A DNA stretch of 64,000 nucleotides, from the NCBI GenBank assembly GCA_965637545.1, contig OZ281496.1:15066001-15130000 (forward strand). The letters are read 5' to 3'. Shown here piece after piece: positions 49,617 to 60,000 of this stretch (position 1 is its first letter; each line of letters starts with the position of its first letter). Source of the DNA: Phallusia mammillata. Taxonomy: Eukaryota. A model generated the notes under the pieces. The model was not told where the DNA came from and searched no databases. It saw nothing but the letters and a program-made list of their open reading frames with translations. A program made the translations under genes and the position numbers.

Positions 49617-50390
49617 TTGAAGATTAGACGAGAATCAAACGACTGTACAGAGAGGACAGAACCTAGAAACCCAGAAAAAATGTTTCCTGTCAAATTTCAA
49701 ACTCAATGTGAAACTGACGGAAAATGTTTCCAATGTGAAGTTTGTAAAATGGTTTTTGCCAAACAATACCTACGTGAAAGGCGCATGATGGCACATTCGG
49801 AAGAAAGACCTTTTCAGTGTAAAATAAGCGAGGTCCAATTTGAAAGGAACATCGACATGAAAGCACACTTGTTGACACACTCAGATGAAAGGTCATATAA
49901 ATGCGATGTTTGCGAAAAAGGATTTAAAAGAAAGGAAAATCTTCTCTCCTATTTGTTAGGGCATAAAGAAGAACTGTTCAAATGTGACATTTGTAAAAAG
50001 GGATTTAAGAAAAGGAGCAACCTAAAAAAACACTTGGAAATTCATTCTGGTATTAGACGACACAGGTGTGAAAACTGTGACAAACTTTTTGGTCAAAAAC
50101 GAGATTTAGAAATGCGCAAACTGATTCATACTGGTGAGAAACCTTTCCAGTGCTGTTATTGTGACAAAAGATTTAATTCAACTTCCAGCAGAGGAAGGCA
50201 TTTGAAGATTCACACTGAAGAGAGAAACTTCAAATGCGACATTTGTGAGAAAACATTTACTCAATCAGTAGGGCTCACAAAGCACATGATGACTCACACA
50301 GGTAAAAAAACCATACAACTGTGATTACTGTGAAAAATCCTTTCGATTTAAATGTTATTTGAAAAATCACGTAAGCATCCAAAAATTTTT
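49617..50390 (+). pseudogene. Intronless C2H2 zinc-finger array, partly degenerate
   Basis: About 7-8 fingers (HTGEKPFQC), two degenerate. Frameshift in an A7 run near 50303, after which one more finger is readable. Confidence 0.8.
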
Positions 50391-50868
50391 GTTAAAATGT
50401 TTTGAATTCTCAAACTTAACTAAACTTCAAAATCTCAAAGAGATACATGTGCATAAATGTATTTAAGACCTCACGCCCAAATGAAATGCCTTTTTGTGTA
50501 CTATTTTAGTCAGAATCATGAGATATTGTTTTATTATGGGTCCCCTTCCCAGAAGGGAACACATCTTGATTTCACTCTGTTTTTTTCTTTTTTCAGCCGA
50601 AGCGTTTCCATGCACTTTTGGCATGAAATCGTTGGTGGATTTGGATGAAAATTTCACAGATGGTAGATATAGTTATGTAGATGTGCCATCCGCTTCGTTT
50701 GAGTTAATAACCCCAATATTTACCCCACTAGCCCCCAAAATGTAAAACGTTTTTGCATGTTGCTGCGCACCACAAATGAAAAAATTCTGTGGAGTAACAG
50801 TATAGTAAAGGTCCCAGAGAACATGCTACTTGTGTTTGTGCATTACTTGGAGGGCCGAATGGCCTGGC

Positions 50869-53800
50869 TTCATTCTATTTGAATAAGGTAAGCATCATAC
50901 GCTGACCTTGGCACATTCAATAGAATCAAAACCCCCCCTGCATGTTTGGTGTGCTATTTTTTTGCTTGCTTTTTGTTTACTTTATTGCTTTAACGCACTA
51001 ACCCTAGGCAGCTTGCTAGTTTATCTTTGATATTTGTTCAGTTAGTGGGCGCAAAGGCGCATTGCAGGGCTTTTTGTTTCCTTCTTTTACTTTCTAGATT
51101 TACCACAAACTCTAGTGTAGGCCGCTTGGTAACCCCTTTTTTTGGTAACTTTTTTTCTCTTGTAAGTTCTTTGTAGTTTGTAGTAATTTAACTTGCCCTT
51201 AAGGCCCCCTAACCGGTAATCCCCTTCTTCGTGCTAAATACCCCGTGGTTTTTTGGTAGTAGATAGTTGATAGTGACTTAAACTTTTGTGTGTGTCCTCT
51301 GCCCCTAAGGCTTGTCGCGCCACCTAGTGCTCTATATCCCCCGGTCTCTTCCGCCCTCTTACTTTTTCACGCTTCTGCCTCCGCTCTTTAGCGGCGCCGG
51401 AAGAGGAAAACGTAAGAGCGCTCTTTTACTGCCACGGCGAGTCTCCCTGGCCTCCGCTCCCCGGCTTGTGCCTGCGAGCGGCTCCTCGGCTCTTCCCCGT
51501 GTTTTTTCCTTATCTACGTTTTTGCCAATTAAGTCTGCCGACTTAATTGTTTTTGCTCGTCCTTTGCTATCTTTCCGCCGCCTAAAGTCACAAAGCACCT
51601 CCACGCCAGTTTAAACCAAATTTTCGTCACACTAATCAAAACAGGCCACACCCCTGCCACGCCCTAAATTCTAAATCTGCCCAAAACTTAAATCAAAAAA
51701 CAAAAAGATATCCGATTAATTGTTTCTGTTATACAATTTAATATTTAAATCGCATAACCCCCTTCCGCATTTTTAATATTTAAAAAGAACTCTCCCACTT
51801 TCCCCCTTTTTTTCTGATAATTTTTCAATTTGCTGTAAACGTGCGCCCCCCCCACCTTTCAACTACAACCTACCTTATCGTTTAACAACCTTCAAAACCA
51901 CTACAAAAATGGTCCTCAACATTGAACGACACCTCTTAGAAGACAGAACGCTGCATATTACCGTAAAATCACACGAATATTATGATCTGGCTAAATTCAT
52001 CGCGCTGTTCACCCGCAACGGGATTCTTCCCTTTTATGAAGATACGCTTGAGGGAGTGCGATGTCTTAATCGAAAAAAATCGATCTTTAAAATCACTTTT
52101 AGGAACGACGTGAGAAATTGTGAGAAACATACTGAACTTTACACAAGAATCTACAGAGGCCTAACCTTTGGGAATAATGGAGACGACAAAATTACTCTTC
52201 TTGCCGAAAAACCCCCCCGGCCCAACACTAAAATAACCCTTTTTCCAGTCCCACTTGAGTTTAATGAGCGACATCTTATGCATATATGCGAAACAACACA
52301 AATCTCAGAAGAACAAACAATCCACCCCCCTTGGATTCCAATTTAGCAATAAAGGTCCAGAAAATCTTGCCCACTTTCTTGCAGGTCTTGATCAGAAAAA
52401 GACACAAATCTTAAACCAACCAATAAACCCTGACTCGGAAAAACAAAAAGAAGCTCTTCCAGATGTCTCAAATTCTTCTCCTCCTTTCAGTACCCCTCAG
52501 CCAATCAAGAACACCCCACCTGTAGAAGAGTTACTAAATTCTGCACCACCAGTGTTGCAGACTGCACCTGAAAAACCCCCTTTACCATCCAACCTGGCAC
52601 CAAAATCCGACCAAAACCTAGCTGGCAATCATCCAACTCCAAGTCCTACTCTTAGAAACCTCTTTGCAGTTGGCGCCGCCAAACAATTACAATTCGGTTC
52701 ACACTCCAGCTCCTCTAATGATGAAATTCCTCAGACGCCGTTACATACCCCCCTTCAGCCAAACAAAGATGCCCTCAAAAACGCCCAAGTTATTCCCAAC
52801 GCAACCATTAGCAGTGTAGAACATGCCTCTCCCATTGAATCTTCCCCAGACGGTAATGGAGCTTTAGTAATCAATACAGATGAATCGACAGAACAAAGCA
52901 AAGAAGAAGACAAAGACCAGGAACAAGAAGAAGACAAAGATGAAGGAACAAAACGGAAGTACAGTAGCAATAGCAGTGGAAACAACAGCTGTACCAAAAA
53001 AGAAACTAAAAAAACAAAAACTAGTACACACCCCCTCTCCCCCTTCTAATTTCCCATGGCGCACAACAATCTAAAAATTGTAACTCTGAACACAAACGGT
53101 TTCGAACGCAATTACAATCACATTGAAAATTTCATACGCAAATCGAATTCGGATATCTTTTTGTTTCAAGAAGTACACAAATTAAACAAAACTCTTTTCG
53201 AAAACTGGTCTCAAAAAAACAATTTAATTTATTTCTTTAATTCTCATTGGTCTAATCCATTCCAAAAAGAACATAAATTTGACGGCACCCTAATTTTAAT
53301 AAAACAAAGTTTTGGGCATGACATAAAATTCCATCACGAAATAATAACTGATCATCGTATCCAAAAATTAATTTTAAATTACTACAAACTACAATTTAAT
53401 AGTATGCCAATAAATCTATTTAACATTTATTTCCCTTCCGGCAACACCGCAATCAAAAAAAGAATAGAACATATCCTTAAATTAAACGATGTCTTAGAAA
53501 AACATCAAAACCAACCTCAAATCCTCGGCGGCGACTTTAATCTACTCGACGATAAAATAGACTCATTGACTTCCGCATACCAAATCAAAAGCGACACTTT
53601 AATTTGGCGTGAAACAATAAAAAGATTTAAACTTACCGACTACTTTCGCTTCTTTTATCCTCATAAAAAATTCTACACCCGAATAGGAAACAAATCTTCG
53701 ACCCGTTTAGATCGTATTTACTGCAACACATACCTCCTAAGTAAAGTATTTAAATTCGAACACCACCAAATTATCTTTTCCGATCATTGTTACGCGCCTA

Positions 53801-56800
53801 CCACGACATTTAATTTTAATCTCAACAAACAATGGGGTAAATCCACCTGGAAACTAAGCCTGGACCTATTAAATGACAAAAACTATATCGAATTAATTAA
53901 TAACCTTATTTTAGATTTCGAAAATAAAAAAGACGAAATAGATAACGCTATAACTTGGTGGGAAAAGCTAAAACGCAAAATTAAAAAGAAATCGATCACT
54001 TTCGCGATTGAGAAAAGGAAAAACGACAAAAAAGCCCTCGAAGTAAACCAAAACGAACTCGACGACCTCGTAGAAAAAATGGATCCAAATAACCTAGAAG
54101 CTAATATAAAGTTCGTTGCGCTTAAAAAGAAACTAAAATCCCAACAAGAAAAAGAAATGAAAGGTGCGCAAATAAGAGCCCGTGTTAAACAAGTTACAAA
54201 CGAAGAACGACCTGACAAAATATTCTTTAGAGTCGAAAATATCAAATAAGAAGCAACCAGTATAAGAACGCTAAATATTAACAATAGAATAGAAACGGAC
54301 CACGACCAAATCATAAATGAGGTTCATAAATTTTACGCAAACTTATGGCAAAATAAAAGTAAAACGACCGCAAACGCACAAAACTATTTCCTTCGTAATA
54401 TTAAATTTGACGCAAATGACGACCTAAGCCAAATTTCCCCCTTCACTTTGAGCGAAATCGAAATGTCACTAAACGCAATCAATCTAAATTCGTCACCCGG
54501 TCAAGACGGCATCCCAGCCGAATTTTATAAAAAATTCTGGCCCCTTTAAAAACACAATTTTTACGAATTGACACACAACATATACCTTCAAAAAGAACTC
54601 CCCAACTCTTGCAAAAATGCGATCGTTAAATTAATTCCAAAAAAACATGACAAAACCCTTATCAAAAATTGGCGACCAATATCCCTGTTGAATTCGGACT
54701 ACAAAATAATAAGCAAAACTATAGCAAACCGCTTACAAAACGAACTCAGCAATAAAATCGCAATTGAACAAAAATGCGGCCTCCCAAAAAGATATATACA
54801 GCATATTCATTATAACATTAAAGCTATCATCGAATACGCAAAACAAAAATCGTCCCCTTTGGCCCTCGTTTTAATAGATATAGAAAAAGCGTTTGACACC
54901 CTTAACCACGAATTTATTTTCAAAGTCCTGGAAAAACTACGAACTAACGAATACACCCTGAATTGGATTAAAATACTATACAAAAATATCACAAGCCAAG
55001 TTAATGGCAAACTGACGGAAGAAATCAAAATTCTACGCGGCGTAAGGCAGGGTTGTGGCCTGTCAATGCTCTTATATGTAGCCATGACTGAAGCCTTAAT
55101 TCAAACAACAAACAACAATTCGAAAATAAATGGAATAAAAATTGGCCCGATTGAAACAAAAATACAACAATATGCGTATGACTCAACCTTTGTAATTTCA
55201 AACCAACCCTCTCTGAACGAAATTTTTGAACTAATGAAACTTTACGAATTGGCGTCTGGACAAAAAATTAACAAAAGCAAAACTGAAATTATCGCTTTTT
55301 CCCAAAACCTAAGATCTGATATTACGCGAATTTATCCAAATTTTATAAAAAAACAATGTTAAAATTTTAGGCATTCAATGCTCAATCCACAATTGGCAAA
55401 CAAACAAGAACTGGAAAGAATTTATTAATCACAGTCGAAACATTGTATCCAAATTTATAAATAGAAACCTTTCCCTTTTCGGCAAAATATCTGTAATAAA
55501 TACCTTGATAATTCCCCGAATTTTATTCTTAGCTAGGGCTTTCCCACCGCAACAAAAACACTTAAAAGACCTAAATTATATTATCTATCAATTCCTTTGG
55601 CATCCCAACAAAATTGAACAATTATCTAGGAAAAAACTTATCGCGCAAATTAACAACGGAGGAATTAAAATGTCAGATTTAAAAACTAAAATCGACGCAA
55701 CGCAATTAGAAAAATTACGTGACCTCATTGTACCCGAAAAACACCCTGAAATTTGGCAGCAATGGGCTCTCTATAATTTAGGCTTCAAACTGCGACAAAT
55801 TAAACCTACCATTTTCGATCACAGTAGACCTACAGCATGGAAAACAAACCCCGAATGGCAAAACATTTTCGAGTTATATAAAACTTTAATCGACTTAAAT
55901 AACGAATTTAATTGGACCAAAGCAAAATTAAGACACTTCTACTACGAACTGATAAAGAAAAAAGAAATTATAACCAGCCCAACTCCCAACCCCGACTTTA
56001 AATGGCAAAACGCCCTTTTATAACAAAAAGGAATAAAACGATATTTTAATAATTACGACCGCCAATACGCTTACCTCACCATCCATAACGCATTTAAATG
56101 GGGCGACTTCTTTAAAGAAAAGAAAATTTTTACGCTTAAATCCGGCAGATCCCGACTTCTTTACTGCAAATTTTGTAGGAAAAATACCGACAATATTTCT
56201 CACCTTTTAACGGAATGCATAATATCTCAAAAAATATTAAACGACATAAAATATATTCTTTCCAGTCAGTTCCAAATTTCATTCGACATTAATCCAAATT
56301 TAACTCTTTTGAACTTATTTGATAAAAACATCCCCTTAGTTGTTTTAAAAATGATTGCAATTTGGCGAACGCAAATTATTAAACAAAAAATCAAATTCGA
56401 TATCAAAAACGAATATTTAGAATTCCCCGAACCCTTTGTAAAAAGAACGGCAGCAAAAATTTTGGACATATTATTTGAACAACTAAAACACTTTACAAAC
56501 TCCCTTGACGATACAAACTTTGAACTAATCTTTAATATCAACCCTAAAAACCTTACTATAAATACTTCGGTTATGGCAACATAACCTGTTAAAAAAAAAA
56601 TGTACGTTCTAATGCGCAAGCATAGAAATCATATATTTATAACCCATTTAATCCCTTTAACTACAACCTTGCGACTTTCAAATCGCAATTTTGTAAACGC
56701 TCTTTCTCTCATCTCTGTTTCTTCGTTTCGCTACGCGCTATTTTTGCGCTTGCCCTCTTTCATGTATTTTGTAATATGTTTTTTTGTGTATTATTTCCTT

Positions 56801-56953
56801 ATCTTGTTTTTCATTAATTTTATTGACAATTATTTTTTGCTCCCTGTGAGTTAAGAGCAGCTCCCATAGGAAGGAGACGACACTAACAAGACCGGTTGGT
56901 CGTCACTTGTTGAGGCGAGGTGGGGCCTCTACATAGCAAAAAAAAAAAAAAAA
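50869..56953 (+). mobile_element. L1-clade Tx1-type LINE 1, full length, degenerate
   Basis: TSD ATGGCCTGGC (50859-68 and 56953-62), A16 tail. ORF1 51909..53049 (shifted). ORF2 53056..56584 with APE (TLNTNG, LFQE, GGDFN, RLDR, SDH), RT (KAFD, GVRQGCGLS, YAYD in place of YADD) and a C-terminal CKFC..HLLTEC. Stops and frameshifts. Confidence 0.93.
50872..50926 (+). ncRNA. SL RNA gene-like cassette (SL exon + GTAAG donor + intron-like segment)
   Basis: Exact SL 50872-50887, then GTAAG and CATCATACGCTGACCTTGGCAC. Folds as AAGGT/ACCTT plus AGC/GCT, and the SL exon pairs with ATTCAATAGAAT 50915-50926. Confidence 0.8.
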
Positions 56954-57035
56954 TGGCCTGGCGCGCCTGACCCTTATACAGACATAAAAACCTTGATCGG
57001 GTTCGTCCCCGGGAGTGTCCTGGGTTCGAACCCCG
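56953..57035 (+). pseudogene. tRNA-like sequence (Leu/Ser-type body), 3' part; the 5' part lies at ~50846..50868
   Basis: Removing LINE 1 rejoins GGAGGGCCGAATGGCCTGGC (A-box/D-arm-like) to GCGCCTGA..TCGGG (anticodon-stem-like pair around a ~27-nt insert), a long variable arm and B-box GGTTCGAACC (57023-57032). Acceptor stem and anticodon loop are degenerate. Confidence 0.55.
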
Positions 57036-57056
57036 TGAAAAAAAAAATTTGCACAT

Positions 57057-60000
57057 TGCATGGTGTGTTTTCTATCTTGCATGTTACTGATGTACAACCT
57101 TAGAGCTTTGTGGCTAGGCAGGCAGTTTATTGAGTTTGTTTAGTTCTTTTTGTCAGTTAGTGCGTATAGGCGCACCCTAGCTTTGTTCTGTTTGTTTGTT
57201 TGTTTTATTACTTTTCGCTCTTTCTATCCTGACCGAGTAACCCACAAACAGTAGTTGACCGCTATTCTGCCCCTTTAGTTCTTGGTCTTGACTAAGTGCC
57301 TCCTAAAGGCCACCTAGTGTAACCTATAACTTGTAACTTCTTTTTTTTTGTAACTTATCAGGTTTTTTGCCCTTAAGGCTTTTCGAATCTTAACGGTTTG
57401 TCTGGTAAACGCCACCTAGCGAGCCTTTAAGGCATTTACTGTAACTCCCTCTAGTGTACTTTATCTTTATTACGTCATAAAACTTTGTTGCACCTTTAAC
57501 TCCCCCCGGTACCTCCCCTCTCTACCGATACCCCGCCGCCTCCGCCTTTATTGTCGGAGTACTTGCGTATCGCGGCTGCGTATCGTTAGAGTGCCTTTTT
57601 CCTTGTTTGTTTATTTACTTTACGGCAAGTTCCACTGACCACCCCAGGCGTGTGCCTCCGGGTGCTTATTGGGACTTCCCCTTGTAGCAATTAACGCCTT
57701 GTGGTCTTAATTGCCTTTTGCTGCCGCAAACGCCGAAGTCCCGTTTCAATTTTTTTTCTGAAGGGACTCCCCCTTTGATTCGGGGTTTTCCCTATTTAGT
57801 TACTTCTTTTTTGATTTTTTTGTGCTTGTTTGGGGAATCCCCGCTCAAAGATCCACAGCAAGTTAGGTACACACCCGCATTTGCCGCAAATTAGGTACAC
57901 TCACACATTAGCAAAATTTAAATACATATAGAAATCAAACTTACTTACACATAAGCCGCACCCTTGTAGAGCTTACTCCTTTTTTCCACTATCGGAGTCA
58001 TCTTTTTCTTATACGATGGGTCTTGACAAGTACTTTGATGAGTTTCGCACTCTGCATATCCAGGTGATGACGCAGGAATATTTCCACTTCGATGGCTTTA
58101 TGACAATGTTCGATGATGGTTTCCCTTTAGATAAGTATGCAGACATGGTCGTAGCCATACGAAATGTAAACAGGAAGAACTCTATTTTCAAGATGACTTT
58201 TGCGGAGAAATATACTCACGAACTTTCGTCCTCCAAAGCCTACCACCCGGCTTACGTTGTTTCCAGTGCCAGCAGAATTCGCAGCAAAACAATTCTCCAT
58301 TGCAGCTTCTAAACTGGACTGGGGAATATATAACAAACACATTTCTCACGCACAGGCGAATGGATAATATCCCATATGTAGCTACACTAATCAGACACGA
58401 GATACAAATCGCGAAACCTGGGGAATCCTTTGGCCCCACTTGCAGAAATTGCATGCAGCGGGGCCACTGGACGAACCAGTGTCATCGCCAAAAGAAGTGT
58501 AAGTTATGTGGGGATAGGAACCACAAGGCGAGAGATTGTCCATTCGAGTCTAGCATTGCAACCACAGATGAGGAACCAGATGATCGAGACAGAGCACAAT
58601 ATAAGAGAGATTACCCGAAATTGCCACAAAACCAAAAGAAATCAACACCTAAAGGTTCCATGCCAGATAAATCTACCCCAGATGATCTTTCCCAAGAAAT
58701 ACATCAGATAGAGGTACAACAAGAGAAGCAAATCCAGGATTTGAACAAAAACATTGAAGTTGAAGAACCCACTCCTCTTGAATTAAACTCTTCCATCTTG
58801 GCTCCAACCTCTCCACGTACGTCCAACAAATCTTTCGAGGCAGCAAACAAATCACCACAAGCTGCTAGTAAGTCTCTATCAGAATCTACACAAACCATGG
58901 ATGTAGATTCTTCAAACAAAAATCCAAACTCTCTGTCAGCCTCCTCATCTTATGCCACTCCTCTCACTCAACGACGACGACTTCCATCTATTCCAACTGA
59001 TCGTCCGACATCTCACAGAAATGCCCCATCCACTCCACACCCAAACAAACAAGCCCTCCCGGTGTCCAGAGTTGTTAGCTTCCACTCTGGTGATTCTTTA
59101 CCTCCGCTTGAAGAGTCTTCTATTACATCTACATCTGACTCGGAAGACGGCTTTGATTCAGACTCTCTCCAAAAAGAGGAAGAAGAAAAAGAAGAAGATG
59201 GAAAAGAAGAAGACGAAAAAGAAGAAGATCAGGGAGAACCCTTGTTAGTAGAGAAAGAGAATTCAGGCTTAGACTTAGCCAATCTCTTCAAACCAAACAG
59301 TACAAAAACTAATACCAAGAGAAGCAACAGTAGCTCGGGCGAGAAACCCAGAAAGAAAAAGAAACCAACCCAACACAAGTAAAGACAGTTTCTTCTCGAA
59401 CAGCTACAAAACACTTTAGTAAACTTTTACAAACCTCCATCCTTTTGCAAAGATGGCGAATATTACCTCAATTAACATAAACGGACTTAACCGTAAATTA
59501 AATAACTTGCAAACTTTCGCAGAAAAAGATGACTCTGATATTTGACCTATTCAGGAAATTCATGTGATCTCAAAACCTAACCTTTTGAATTGGACGAACA
59601 AAAACAATTTTGACCTTTTTTTCAATTCAATTTGGGAAAATGACTCAAACAGTAACCAAAAAAACAAATTCGACGGTACTCTGATTTAAATTGGGAAAAA
59701 CTTTACCTAAAATAAAACTATTTTTCATGAAATCCTGATCGACTCGAAAATCCAAAAAATATATTTTGAGTTAAACTACCAAACCTACCATATCTTTAAC
59801 ATATATCTACCATCCGGACCAAAAAATAGAAACGAAAGAAAAACTCTAATTGATACCTTGTCTAAATCAATCACCAAAAATCCCAATGTGTTCACAATCA
59901 TTGCTGGCGACTTTAACTTTATCGAAAATGAAATTGACTCGCTACATAGAAATTTAAGAAACGGATGCGATCTTAAAGCCTGGAAGCGCCTGACTGCTGA

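Noticed and set aside
50859-50940. Tx1 LINE 1 as an SL-gene-targeting element (NeSL/SLACS-like insertion into an SL gene)
   Set aside because: The TSD brackets the SL cassette together with the LINE, and no SL-gene continuation follows the polyA tail. The SL came in with the element and was not the target.
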